NCBI GenBank assembly: GCA_044225505.1
Contig: JBGAIN010000010.1
Span: 1 to 64,000 of the forward strand
DNA from: Limisphaerales bacterium
Lineage (GTDB): Bacteria > Verrucomicrobiota > Verrucomicrobiia > Limisphaerales > SIBE01
Direction: 5' to 3'
Length of the DNA stretch: 64,000 nucleotides
Below, in pieces: positions 22,808 to 33,314 of this stretch (positions are counted from its first letter, which is position 1; each line of letters begins with the position of its first letter). Under the pieces are notes generated by a model. That model was given only the letters and a program-made list of their open reading frames with translations. It did not search any database and was not told the DNA's origin. Position numbers and translations under genes: made by a program.

Positions 22808-25800
22808 ATGAAACCTCCACTCAATCTCTTGAAGGCCCTGCGATGGGCATCTGCAATGCTCGTTGGTTGCGCATTGGCCGGTGGGCTTGGCGCCGCGGCC
22901 GTGTCTGCTGGAAGTTCACTAGATGAGCCGTCGATTACGGCGATCCGGGTGGACGGCAGTTCTATTATCATTTCCGCCCATGTTCCCGCTGGGCTCAAAA
23001 AGGTGACGCTGCAAAGTTCGCGGCGTTTGGGAACTGGAGCGTGGGAGCCTCGCGCGATCATGCGCCTGGACGGACAAGGCGGCGAGGTGACGTTCGAACT
23101 GCCGAAGTCTCCGGAGCTTGAGATTGTGCGGGTGCGTGCCGATGAATCGGAACCACTCCCCAACGCGTTCTATCGCGGGACGAATCAGTTCCCTGGAATC
23201 CCGGTGGCAACCGGTGGGTTACCGGGCGGCCCTGTGGTGTTTGACGCTGCCGGGACGGCGGATGGCCGCACGTCGGCGCCGACCGCGCAACGCGACGTGG
23301 TGGAATCAGACATCTGGCAGATTGATGGTGACTCGCTCTATTTCTTCAATCAGTACCGTGGGCTGCAAGTGATCGACGTCAGCAACGCCGATGCGCCCGT
23401 GTTGCGCGGAACGTTGTTGCTGCCCGCAGCTGGAGAGCAGATGTATCTGCTCGGGGATAACCGGGTTATACTCCTAGCCCGCGACGGCTGCAATTGGTCG
23501 GCCGACTCAAGCAGCCAAGTGATGATCGTGAACACGAGCGGCGCTAGCCCTACCGTGGAAACCGCGCTGCCGGTCAGTGGTGATATTCAAGAGAGTCGCT
23601 TGGTTGGAACAGCTCTCTATGTTCTCACGCAAGCTTACCGACCGGTCGCCAACAAAGAAGGCAACTGGGAATGGGGCACTCAAATCTACGCCTTTGACCT
23701 CTCCGACCCGACCGCGCCGGTGGCTCGACCTGAGTCCTGGTTTGCGGGCTATGGAAATGTGCTGAGCGCCAACGATCGGTACCTGTTCGTTGCCATCACG
23801 GACAATGACGGAAATTCGCAGGTCTATTGCGTCAATATCGCCAATCCAGACGGGACCATGGCCAAGGCGGGATCGATCCGCGTGGCCGGGCGCGTGGCCG
23901 ACAAGTTCAAGATGCATATGGATGGCGACGTGTTGACCGTCATTTCGGAGAAATGGGGGTATGAGAATACGAGCGGAGGCCAACGTTGGCGTCCGGTGAC
24001 GACATTGGAGACGTTTTCCCTCGCAGAACCGACCCCGACGAAGCTTGGCGAACTGCGGTTGGCGGACGGAGAACAGCTCCATGCGACTCGGTTCGACGAA
24101 CAACGCGTTTACGTGGTGACTTATTTTCGGGTGGATCCCTTGTGGGTGGTGGATCTGTCGGACCCGCGGCATCCTGCGATCAAAGGTGAGCTGAAAGTGC
24201 CTGGCTGGTCGACCTACATTCAGCCTTTAGGAGATCGATTGTTAACGATTGGAATCGACGATACCAATGGATGGCGCGTCGCCGTGTCGTTGTTTGACGT
24301 CCACGATCCCGCCGCACCGGCACTTCTGAGCAAGGTTCCGCTAGGCGAGAATTCCTCCTGGAGCGAGGCCAATTCGGACGAGAAAGCGTTTGGATTTGTG
24401 CCCGATGCCGGATTAATCCTGGTGCCCTATTCGAGCTACTCGACAAACCTCTTGCAGGGCGTGCAGTTAATCGACTTCAACCGTGACGCACTCACCAAAC
24501 GCGGCTTCATCAGCCACGATGTTGAAGCGCGTCGTTCAACGGTGCATAAGGATCGCATCCTGTCGGTGTCCGCCCGCGAGTTGCTGAGTGTGGATGCGGC
24601 TGACCGTGATCATCCGGTGGTGAAGAACGAGCTCGAATTGTCCTGGCCCGTGAATCGAGTCTTCGTCCAAGGCGATTATCTGATTGAACTGGAGACAACG
24701 GCAGGGTGGGGGAATGGCACTGCTCCAACGGTGCGAGTCGTGGCTGCAGCCGCACCGGATAAAGTGCTCGGAACCCTGGTGCTCGGCAATCTGCCGGTCG
24801 CCGGAGCCACCGTGCGGAATGGACGGCTCTACCTCCTGCAGGGTCAGACCAGTTATGTCATGTTGCCAGTGGCTGAAGGCGAAAAAGACACAGGCGCTGG
24901 AACCAACCAAACGAAGTTGGTGTGTTCGGTCTTGGATCTGACCAAACTGCCCGCGCTTTCAATCCTTGGATCTGCGGAGTCGGTTTCGGGAGATACTTTC
25001 AACGGCAGCGCTGATCCCGTCTGGCCGAAACCCGAATTGCTGGTTTGGGCTGCGCAACAATCGAATTACTGGGGTCCATGGCTGGTGGATATCGCGCGCC
25101 CTGGCATTATGCCAATTCGAGGTGGATTTTGGTATCCATACTGGGGTGGGGACTCCAAGCTCTATGCGGTCGATGTGGCGAACGAGGCGGTTCCCGCGTT
25201 CGTTTCACAGGTCAGTCTGACGACGACGAACGGGTGGTCCAGCACTGGCAAACCGTTCGTCGCGGATAACTCCGTATTCTTTAGCCGCCAAATCACCGAA
25301 ACGACCATTACCGGAACCAACCTTATTGTGACGACCAACGTCGAGTACGTCGTCCAAACGAACGGCGTGGGTGGAACAGGGACAGGCCCAGCGACTGGCG
25401 CGGACGGGAGCGTTAGTGCGCCGGTGAAGGTGGACCCAATTCCTTCGGCGACCGACGTTAAGCCGGCACCCGATGTCGTCCGAGTGCCGCAGACCGTGAT
25501 TGTGACCAACGAGCAACCGATCTACGTCACGCGACAGTTGTATTACTTGCATGTGATTGATTACTCGGCGCCGAGCGCGCCTTTGCAACGGCAGCCTATC
25601 ACCATCCCCGGTACACTGCGCGGATTGGCGAAAGAGGGGGCTCTCCTTTATTTGGTGGGATATAACCTCAACACCGACGCAGCTGGGGACGGGACCGAAT
25701 GGTTGCACGCCTGCGCCTATGACGGGGTGTCCACGTTCCTCGTCGATTCGATGCCGCTGATCAATTGGCCGCATGCTGTCTTGGCCAGTGAAGCCAATGT

Positions 25801-26134
25801 GTTTGTGACCCGACCGGAAGTGGAGAAATCGATCGGCCGTGCCCTTGAGGCCTGGACGGTGAGTGACGCGGGCAAGTTCACGAAGCTGGGTGAGAGAAAG
25901 CTGGCTTCCAACGGGGCTGTGCTACAAGCGGTTAACGACGTCCTTGTCGTGCAAGAGGATGTTGGATTCGAAGTGTTCGATCTGAACAACCCGGTCGAGT
26001 TGCCGCTGTTAGGGGCAGGGGGACCGGGCGGATGTGTTTACGCCAATCCGGAGTTGGTGACGGGGTCGCGCCAAGCGGGTCTCTGGTTGCCTCTCGACAT
26101 CTACGGCCTTTATCACTTGGAGCTAAAGCCTTAG
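22808..26134 (+). CDS. Large secreted beta-propeller domain protein
   Basis: Signal peptide; VVESDIW, HATRF..RVYVVTY.RVDPLWVVDLSDP..P.I.GELKVPGWSTYIQP typical of Beta_propel-family proteins; 1108 aa. Confidence 0.8.
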   Translation: MKPPLNLLKALRWASAMLVGCALAGGLGAAAVSAGSSLDEPSITAIRVDGSSIIISAHVPAGLKKVTLQSSRRLGTGAWEPRAIMRLDGQGGEVTFELPKSPELEIVRVRADESEPLPNAFYRGTNQFPGIPVATGGLPGGPVVFDAAGTADGRTSAPTAQRDVVESDIWQIDGDSLYFFNQYRGLQVIDVSNADAPVLRGTLLLPAAGEQMYLLGDNRVILLARDGCNWSADSSSQVMIVNTSGASPTVETALPVSGDIQESRLVGTALYVLTQAYRPVANKEGNWEWGTQIYAFDLSDPTAPVARPESWFAGYGNVLSANDRYLFVAITDNDGNSQVYCVNIANPDGTMAKAGSIRVAGRVADKFKMHMDGDVLTVISEKWGYENTSGGQRWRPVTTLETFSLAEPTPTKLGELRLADGEQLHATRFDEQRVYVVTYFRVDPLWVVDLSDPRHPAIKGELKVPGWSTYIQPLGDRLLTIGIDDTNGWRVAVSLFDVHDPAAPALLSKVPLGENSSWSEANSDEKAFGFVPDAGLILVPYSSYSTNLLQGVQLIDFNRDALTKRGFISHDVEARRSTVHKDRILSVSARELLSVDAADRDHPVVKNELELSWPVNRVFVQGDYLIELETTAGWGNGTAPTVRVVAAAAPDKVLGTLVLGNLPVAGATVRNGRLYLLQGQTSYVMLPVAEGEKDTGAGTNQTKLVCSVLDLTKLPALSILGSAESVSGDTFNGSADPVWPKPELLVWAAQQSNYWGPWLVDIARPGIMPIRGGFWYPYWGGDSKLYAVDVANEAVPAFVSQVSLTTTNGWSSTGKPFVADNSVFFSRQITETTITGTNLIVTTNVEYVVQTNGVGGTGTGPATGADGSVSAPVKVDPIPSATDVKPAPDVVRVPQTVIVTNEQPIYVTRQLYYLHVIDYSAPSAPLQRQPITIPGTLRGLAKEGALLYLVGYNLNTDAAGDGTEWLHACAYDGVSTFLVDSMPLINWPHAVLASEANVFVTRPEVEKSIGRALEAWTVSDAGKFTKLGERKLASNGAVLQAVNDVLVVQEDVGFEVFDLNNPVELPLLGAGGPGGCVYANPELVTGSRQAGLWLPLDIYGLYHLELKP

Positions 26135-26147
26135 GCTTCCCGCGGGA

Positions 26148-26978
26148 ATGTTCAGCGAAACGCCAGCGAACCCGCGGCAGGTCCGTCGACCGAACGACGG
26201 AAAGCCCGCGGGTTTAATCTGCGACCGCCCTTCCTGGGGCTTGGCCGGTGATGACCGACGCGATGTTTCAACGAGCGGTTTTACTTTGATCGAACTGCTG
26301 ACGGTGATCACCATCATCGCGATCCTGGCGACGTTGTTGATGACGACGTTCGGTTCTGTGAAACGCAAGGCGCGCGAGGCGGTATGCACCTCGAATTTGC
26401 ATCAAATTGGCATTGCCCTTCACCTGTATCTGGACGACTACGGTCAACGTCCCCCGGGTCTGGAACTGCTCGCCAGCAGCAAGTATTTGGGAGATGGCAA
26501 GGTGCTAACCTGTCCGGCGGATCGATCGATCAATGTCATTCCCGCACCCGAGGTAATGGATACAAAATCCGCGATCACGGCGTCGGTGGCGCCGTCCGAT
26601 CGGCCGATCCATGTCTCGTATCAGCACCCGCTTGCCTGGTCTGATGAGGCTTGGGACAAGTTGATGCAGGCTGGCACACGCGCGGGCGTGGTGGTCTGCA
26701 CCTTTCACGATGTCCACCCTTCCAAAGGGGTATCCAATGATGGCTCGCTTCCTGATCAGGGTTTGGTCTTGCGCGGCCTATTGGATGGCACGGTCGTTCG
26801 GCGCCTGGTATTTCCAGAAGTTTCCCTGGTGAACGGGGATTCGGGCGTGACACCCACTTCGAACCGCTCGTCAGCTCCTCCCTCGGCCTTTGCGGCGGCG
26901 CCTGGGGACGCGGCGGCATCCGCTGGGACGGCCCCGACGTGGAAGTTTTTCAGTGATGAACCCCCTCCGGAGAATTAA
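26148..26978 (+). CDS. Type IV pilin/pseudopilin-like protein
   Basis: G|FTLIELLTVITIIAILA class III signal, then C.SNLHQIG and CPAD as in PVC pilin-like proteins. Confidence 0.85.
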   Translation: MFSETPANPRQVRRPNDGKPAGLICDRPSWGLAGDDRRDVSTSGFTLIELLTVITIIAILATLLMTTFGSVKRKAREAVCTSNLHQIGIALHLYLDDYGQRPPGLELLASSKYLGDGKVLTCPADRSINVIPAPEVMDTKSAITASVAPSDRPIHVSYQHPLAWSDEAWDKLMQAGTRAGVVVCTFHDVHPSKGVSNDGSLPDQGLVLRGLLDGTVVRRLVFPEVSLVNGDSGVTPTSNRSSAPPSAFAAAPGDAAASAGTAPTWKFFSDEPPPEN

Positions 26979-27200
26979 TCTTGGAGAGGTTTGGGGGCGG
27001 TGCATTCTCGGTTGGCATCGACTCCATGGCGCTGGGATTCTGCCGCGGGCAGCCGAGAGGCTTCGAACAATGGACGCATTTCGCCGGAGCTGCTATTTCC
27101 ACCAAACTGCAGCATGATTGTTGACGCGAAAACAGATGTAGACCGGCCGCCCGAATTGGTAGATCGGCACGATCAGGCCGACCGCCAGGGAACACGGGCG

Positions 27201-28001
27201 ATGCGGCGCTCGCTCCGAGGATTGCTTTGGTGTGAGTGGTTTGCCCATAGCCGGCTGTTGCTTGGGTTTCTCGTGTTTTGGTTGGGATGTGTTTGGCTGC
27301 TCCCTCTGTTTACTCATTCAGGCTGGATCTTGCTCATTGGACTGGCGTATGCACTCGCTGCGGGAGCGGTCTATGGTGGCGGGGATACAATTGAAGGGTG
27401 CGAGGAGTTCTCCTTTGCCCTCCCGGCAACTCGGTCCGAGCGGTTCTTGGCGCGACTCGCGGTTGGAGGCGGCGCACTGCTTCTCCTGACCTTACTTGAT
27501 CTGTTGGCTTTGGGCTTGGACTTACCCCAGTTCTTGGCAAGACTTTATGTCGACACCGGACTTCTGAAACCTTTGCCCGTGCTAAAACCTCGTCTATTGC
27601 CTGGGTTGGTCCTCGCCTTCCCGTTCGCGGTGTTTGCGTTTTCGTTCACGGTTGCGGCTGTAAGTCACTCGCGCATGCTCATTCTCACCGCATGGCTTTG
27701 GAGTCTGCTGACGGCGATGGCGATTGCACATCTGGCGTTTCGGTATGAGGAGGCGGTTTGGGGCGAGCTCAACGGTTACTGCTCCGCGCCATTGCTCGCC
27801 ATCCTTGGGATGGCGACTTTATGGGGTGGATACCGAGCTTATCTCTTGAAAGAGATCGGGCACCATTCGCAACCTTTGACTTTGCCACCACGATTCTGGC
27901 TCTGGCTCGTAGTCCTGGTGGCTGGGATCGGATTAGCTTACTTCTTGGTTTCGTTGTTGGCCGGGCAATATCCGCATTTGGTGGTGCCGGCTGGCCGGTG
28001 A
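27201..28001 (+). CDS. Polytopic membrane protein, probable ABC-2-type permease
   Basis: About 6 TM segments; EEFSFALPATRSERFLARL motif; start uncertain (27114 or 27201). Confidence 0.65.
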   Translation: MRRSLRGLLWCEWFAHSRLLLGFLVFWLGCVWLLPLFTHSGWILLIGLAYALAAGAVYGGGDTIEGCEEFSFALPATRSERFLARLAVGGGALLLLTLLDLLALGLDLPQFLARLYVDTGLLKPLPVLKPRLLPGLVLAFPFAVFAFSFTVAAVSHSRMLILTAWLWSLLTAMAIAHLAFRYEEAVWGELNGYCSAPLLAILGMATLWGGYRAYLLKEIGHHSQPLTLPPRFWLWLVVLVAGIGLAYFLVSLLAGQYPHLVVPAGR

Positions 28002-28102
28002 GCGGAAGGGCTGATGCAGGTCGGACGTAGCTTGGTTGTGTTTTGGCGGTCCGGGAGTTCCCTTGCTATTCCTAATCCGATGGCGTCTACTCACGGGCCG
28101 TT

Positions 28103-29329
28103 GTGACACGCCACAGACCAGGTCTGGGGTTCATCCTAGTAACGCTCGTGCTTGATATCTTGGGCGTCGGACTAATTATTCCGATTTTGCCCAGGTTAAT
28201 TGAGAGCTTCGAAGGCGGCAGTGTCGCGGCTGCATCCAGCACTTTCGGATTGTTGGCGGCACTTTATTCCTTGATGCAGTTTGGTTTTGCGCCGTTGATC
28301 GGCAGTTTGTCTGACCGGTTTGGGAGGCGTCCGGTGATCCTCATTTCGTTGCTGGGTTCCGGCCTCGATTATCTATTGCTCGCGTTTGCGCCGACGTTGC
28401 CCTGGTTCTTTGTTGGCCGATCGGTGGCCGGGATCACCGGGGCTAACTTTGCAGCCGCCACCGCGTATATTGCCGACATCAGCCCACCCGAAAAGCGTGC
28501 AGCGAACTTTGGATTGATCGGAGCGGCGTTCGGACTGGGTTTTATTCTTGGGCCCGCCTTGGGAGGAGTGCTGGGAAATGTCGGCTTACGCGTGCCGTTC
28601 CTGGTCGCGGGTGGATTGACTCTGCTCAACTGGCTTTACGGCTGGTTGATCCTGCCGGAATCGCTGGCCGAATCTAATCGGCGTGCTTTCAGTTGGAGAC
28701 GTTCGAATCCTATTGGCGCACTATTGGACCTGCGTCGGCACCCAATGGCGCTTGGACTAGCCGGCACGTATTTCCTGATTTATCTCGCGCACCAGTCTTT
28801 GCCTGCGGTGTGGGTCTTGTATACGAGTTATCGCTATCATTGGACGATCAGCCAAACCGGAATTTCTTTGGCTATCGTCGGTTTGATGGCGGCCATAGTT
28901 CAGGGTGGCCTGACTCGAGTCATCGTCAAGCGGATCGGCGAACAACGAGCGGCACTCCTCGGCTTGGGAATCGCCACGCTGAGTTACATCGGTTACGGAT
29001 TGGCCACCCAAGGCTGGATGATCTACGCGATCCTCGTATTTGGATCTCTCGGCGGCATTACCGGGCCCGCTGTCCAAGGGTTAATTTCTCGCGGAGTGGG
29101 TGCTGATGAACAAGGAGGCGTGCAAGGTTCACTGACCAGTTTGACCAGTATTGCGGGAATTCTCGGTCCTCCAATCGCGGCGAGGTTGTTTGGTCATTTT
29201 ATCGATCCCAACAACGGACTATATCTGCCGGGTGCGCCTTTCTTCTTCAGCGCATTGTTAGTTGCTGCGGCGTTGGTCTTAGCGGTTCGGTCGTTTCGCC
29301 GGGTGTTCATGCCAAATGGAGTGGATTGA
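28103..29329 (+). CDS. TCR/Tet-family MFS transporter
   Basis: [12 protein letters not shown] motif [11 protein letters not shown] motif C, about 12 TM segments. Confidence 0.9.
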   Translation: MTRHRPGLGFILVTLVLDILGVGLIIPILPRLIESFEGGSVAAASSTFGLLAALYSLMQFGFAPLIGSLSDRFGRRPVILISLLGSGLDYLLLAFAPTLPWFFVGRSVAGITGANFAAATAYIADISPPEKRAANFGLIGAAFGLGFILGPALGGVLGNVGLRVPFLVAGGLTLLNWLYGWLILPESLAESNRRAFSWRRSNPIGALLDLRRHPMALGLAGTYFLIYLAHQSLPAVWVLYTSYRYHWTISQTGISLAIVGLMAAIVQGGLTRVIVKRIGEQRAALLGLGIATLSYIGYGLATQGWMIYAILVFGSLGGITGPAVQGLISRGVGADEQGGVQGSLTSLTSIAGILGPPIAARLFGHFIDPNNGLYLPGAPFFFSALLVAAALVLAVRSFRRVFMPNGVD

Positions 29330-29667
29330 GCGGGTCACTGACCGCGGCCTGTGCGATCCACGGTTTGGCTATAGGTGGTTCCATTATGGCAATTTCAGTG
29401 GCACACCGATATTCAGCACTCGTACTGTTTAGTAATGTGAGTGAAGAGGAGGAAGACGTAGCGGTTTACACTGCGAACGTGCTGACGAGGCGACTCACGA
29501 CCCACAACTAAGAGGGTCGCCTGTCTTCAGAGGCAGGGGTCATCCTCTTGAAAAGACGGTTTGATACTCGTCAATCCGCTCCGAAATCTGTCAACGCTTG
29601 CGGGAAAACCCTGAATTTCACCGAAAAGACGCTATTTCATTGAACAAAGCGTTTTCGGAACGACACT

Positions 29668-30291
29668 GTGAACATGGAGAGTCAAATGAATCAGTGCCCT
29701 CAATTGAGCCACTCGGCTTGCAGCTCTGGGGACTTGATGTCAGTTGCCATTCCCAATCTCGGCGGCGTCGAGCTTAATCCGGTTTGCAGCAATGACGCGA
29801 GTGCGAGACTCTCAGAAAACGGTCTTGGGTTTGAACCAGAGTTGTTTCGTGGCGCGGTTGACATCGACGCGCTTTCGCGAACCTGGTCGAGACGAGGTGC
29901 CCTAGCGGTGGTCGAGGATGATCCTGACGATGTCGTTTTGTTAAAAAAGGCCTTCGCTAAGCTCGAGTTTGATGTTTCGATTCGGTGGCTAAAATCGGGT
30001 AGGGAAGCGCTGGAGTTCTTCGATTCGCCTAATCTTATTCCTCCGATCGGTCTTTTGTTGGACATCGACCTCACCGATATGACGGGCTTTGAGCTTTTGG
30101 ACAAACTCAGATCGCATCGACTTATGTCCTCGACGCGCGTGGTATTCCTCACTGGGAATCGGCAACCGGCACTGGCCGCCAAGGCGAAAGCGTATCAAGC
30201 GGATGCCTATTACATCAAACCGTGTGGTCTCGTCGAGTTAGTCTCCATTACCCGCCAGATCCTTTCTGCCTTGACTCCGGCTCCCGCGTAA
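29668..30291 (+). CDS. Single-domain response regulator (Rcp1-like) with N-terminal extension
   Basis: VVEDD, LLLDIDL, FLTG, YIKP receiver motifs; start uncertain. Confidence 0.75.
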   Translation: MNMESQMNQCPQLSHSACSSGDLMSVAIPNLGGVELNPVCSNDASARLSENGLGFEPELFRGAVDIDALSRTWSRRGALAVVEDDPDDVVLLKKAFAKLEFDVSIRWLKSGREALEFFDSPNLIPPIGLLLDIDLTDMTGFELLDKLRSHRLMSSTRVVFLTGNRQPALAAKAKAYQADAYYIKPCGLVELVSITRQILSALTPAPA

Positions 30292-30609
30292 CGCGCCGCT
30301 GGTCCGGACAATCAGGTATCGGGTTCGACCTGGGGACGGTGGCCACAGGATCGGGGATCTTTTCCTACCATTCCAGCGGTACTAGCGAATGGCGTCGTGC
30401 CACGCTCTCCAAGCGTGGGTTCACCGAAAGAGCTTGTTCACCAGAACGAAAGTTCCCACTGAAATTTGTCAATTGAATCTGCGGTGGCTGGAACCGAAGC
30501 GGCGGCTTGGTATTAGTTCCGTTATCTCGAAAAGGTCCCTTCGTTGCATCGGTCAGAACTGGCGGCGATTCTCCGTGCTGAAAATCGAGGACTCGTGTAA
30601 TACGGGTTC

Positions 30610-33261
30610 ATGCATTTCCGGCAAGTTTGGCTCGGCCTTTTTCTCGGGAGCGTTCTGACCGCGCTCGTTAATCTCCATGGCGAAGAGTTGCATTGCGATA
30701 AAGGGGCGTGGCAGTTCGCGCCCGCGGATTCGTCCGCACACCGCAAATACGCTCCGGATCGAGCCATTGACATCCTGAATTTGGCGTTGGACGTTACGCC
30801 GAACTTCCAGCGTCGAACGGTGGCCGGCACCGCGATCCTTACTTTTAAACCGATCGCCAAGTCACTGAGCGAGCTTACACTTGATGCGGTTGACCTGCGG
30901 ATCGAGCAGGTCACGGCATCGGTGCCGGTTCGGCACTTCCAAACTGCCGAAGGCGTGTTGACGGTCACCTTCAATGATCCTTTGCCAGCGAACACGGAAG
31001 TGCAGCTCACCGTTGTCTACTGGGCGGAGCCGACGAAAGGGCTCTATTTCCGAACACCTGAAATGGGCTATTTAGCGGGCGACACGCACCTTTTTACGCA
31101 GGGGGAGGCGATTGAGGCACGGCATTGGTATCCAAGCTTTGACGCGCCCAACGAGAAGTTCACTTCTGAGATCACATGTCGAGTTCCCGAGGGAATGACC
31201 GTCCTGTCCAATGGGCGTTTAGTCTCCCAGGAACGAGACGCGGCCACGGGGCTGAGTGTCGTGCATTGGCGCCAAGACAAACCGCACTCAAATTACTTGA
31301 TTTCATTGGTCGCGGGGTATTTCAAGAAGGTCGAAGATCAATACCGTAACATTCCGCTCGCTTTCTTTACGCCCGCATCCCAGATCAACGAAGCACAGGC
31401 CTCGTTCCGCGATACGAAAGAAGCCATGGCCTTTTTCGAAAAAGAGATCGGGGTCGTCTATCCGTGGGCCAAATATTTCCAGGTCTGCGTCAACGATTTT
31501 GTCGCGGGAGGAATGGAGAACACCAGTATTACCACCCTGACGGATCATACGCTTTTTAGCGACAAGAGCGAGAACATAAGCTCGAGCCAAGGGTTAATGG
31601 CGCACGAACTGGCCCATCAATGGTTCGGCGATTTGGTAACCTGCAAAGACTGGAGCCATCTGTGGCTGAATGAAGGCTTTGCCACCTATTATGCGCATCT
31701 CTTTGACGGTGCGAAGAACGGCCGAGACTTCATGTTGTATGGCCTGTACCGCGACGCCAAAGGAATTGTGGATCGCACGGACGACACGAAATCAATCGTG
31801 TATCGTAAATTCGATGATCCAAGTGAGCAATTCAGTTACCTGGCCTATCCCAAGGGAAGTTGGGTTTTGCATATGTTGCGAGCGCAGCTTGGGGAAGACC
31901 TGTATCGCCGGTGTATCTCAACCTACCTTGAACGAAATCAGTACGACTCGGTGGTCACCGAAGATCTCAACCGAGTGATCGAGCAGTTATCCGGTCGATC
32001 GTTTGATCGATTCTTCGATCAGTGGGTTTACCATGCGCATCACCCCGAATTGGAAGTTAGTTATTCTTGGGACGAGCGCAGCAAGCTCGCCAAGCTCTCT
32101 GTCCGTCAAAACCAGAAGCTCAGCGACGACGTGCTGTTGTTTCAGTTTCCGCTAACCGTGCGGTTTCATGGCAAATCAGAAGCAGTGGATCGCACCATCT
32201 GGGTGAAAGAAAAGAGTGAGGATTTCTATTTCGCGTTGCCGAACGCGCCCAAGTTGGTTCGTGTTGACCCCGAGTTGACGCTCCTCGCCAAGATCGACTT
32301 TAACGTCTCTTCTGGGATGCTAGACGAGCAATGCCAGGAAAAGGGGGACGTCGTTGGCCGGCTTCTCGCCGTCGAACAACTGGCGCGTCGGAAGGACGGC
32401 CGAGCCATTGAAAAGTTGAAAGGACTGCTGCAGCGCGATGGGTTTTACGGCGTGCGAGTCGAAGCGGCTCGAGCCCTCCGCGAAATTCACAACGAGGAGG
32501 CATTCGCCGCTCTGGTCGAAAGTTTGCAGCAAGCCGATGCTCGAGTGCGCCAGGAGGTCGTAGCTGCTGTGGCCGGATTCTACCGAGCGGAGGCGGAGGA
32601 AATCGCCGGGCGTGTAGCCAGGAACGAATCCAACCCGGAGATTGTCGCAACGGCGATTCGGGCCTTGGGAACGTATCCGTCGGCATCGGTGCGCGCATTG
32701 CTCTTGCAGTATTTGCAAACGGAGTCGTATCGAAACGTGCTGGCGGACGCAGCCATCTCGGGAATCCGCGCGCAGGATGACCCCTCCTATCTGGACCCTC
32801 TCCAGAAAGCATTGCGCGAGCGGCGTGAGGCCTTCACGAGTTCCGGATTGGGACGGGGCCTGGAGACTCTGGCCTATTTAGCCCGGAACGAGGATAAGAA
32901 ATCCGAGGTTCGCGACTTCCTGTTGGAATTTGTGAATGATCGCAGAAAGTCCGTGCAACTTGCGTCCATGCGTGCGCTTGGGACTTTGGGAGATCCCACT
33001 GCGTTGGCTGTCCTGGGGACTTTCGCCAGCGCTCGCAAGGGCAGCCCGGAACGAGAGACGGCCGAGCGTGCCATCGCCGCCCTTCGGGTCGCCAAGAAGC
33101 CTGGGGACGATTGGCGTGACCTACGCAACGAGGTGCTTGATCTGCAGAAGCAAACACGAGAATTGAAGAACCAGATCGAAGAGTTCAAGCGCCAGATCGA
33201 AGCCTCTCGAAGCGTGCTCGAGAACAGTTCCCCGAAGGAAGCGCCTGCGAAAGGCCGTTAG
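30610..33261 (+). CDS. M1 aminopeptidase with HEAT repeats and C-terminal coiled coil
   Basis: GGMEN, HELAHQWFG..WLNEGFA, YPKGSWVLHML; signal-like N-terminus. Confidence 0.92.
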   Translation: MHFRQVWLGLFLGSVLTALVNLHGEELHCDKGAWQFAPADSSAHRKYAPDRAIDILNLALDVTPNFQRRTVAGTAILTFKPIAKSLSELTLDAVDLRIEQVTASVPVRHFQTAEGVLTVTFNDPLPANTEVQLTVVYWAEPTKGLYFRTPEMGYLAGDTHLFTQGEAIEARHWYPSFDAPNEKFTSEITCRVPEGMTVLSNGRLVSQERDAATGLSVVHWRQDKPHSNYLISLVAGYFKKVEDQYRNIPLAFFTPASQINEAQASFRDTKEAMAFFEKEIGVVYPWAKYFQVCVNDFVAGGMENTSITTLTDHTLFSDKSENISSSQGLMAHELAHQWFGDLVTCKDWSHLWLNEGFATYYAHLFDGAKNGRDFMLYGLYRDAKGIVDRTDDTKSIVYRKFDDPSEQFSYLAYPKGSWVLHMLRAQLGEDLYRRCISTYLERNQYDSVVTEDLNRVIEQLSGRSFDRFFDQWVYHAHHPELEVSYSWDERSKLAKLSVRQNQKLSDDVLLFQFPLTVRFHGKSEAVDRTIWVKEKSEDFYFALPNAPKLVRVDPELTLLAKIDFNVSSGMLDEQCQEKGDVVGRLLAVEQLARRKDGRAIEKLKGLLQRDGFYGVRVEAARALREIHNEEAFAALVESLQQADARVRQEVVAAVAGFYRAEAEEIAGRVARNESNPEIVATAIRALGTYPSASVRALLLQYLQTESYRNVLADAAISGIRAQDDPSYLDPLQKALRERREAFTSSGLGRGLETLAYLARNEDKKSEVRDFLLEFVNDRRKSVQLASMRALGTLGDPTALAVLGTFASARKGSPERETAERAIAALRVAKKPGDDWRDLRNEVLDLQKQTRELKNQIEEFKRQIEASRSVLENSSPKEAPAKGR

Positions 33262-33314
33262 TCCGTGCCGGTTTGACTCGGACTTGGTCTTATCTTAGTG
33301 ACTCGGAGAGTGCC

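Noticed and set aside
28103..29329. Acquired tetracycline-resistance gene
   Set aside because: Generic Tet-like MFS with no tetR or mobile context; substrate cannot be inferred.
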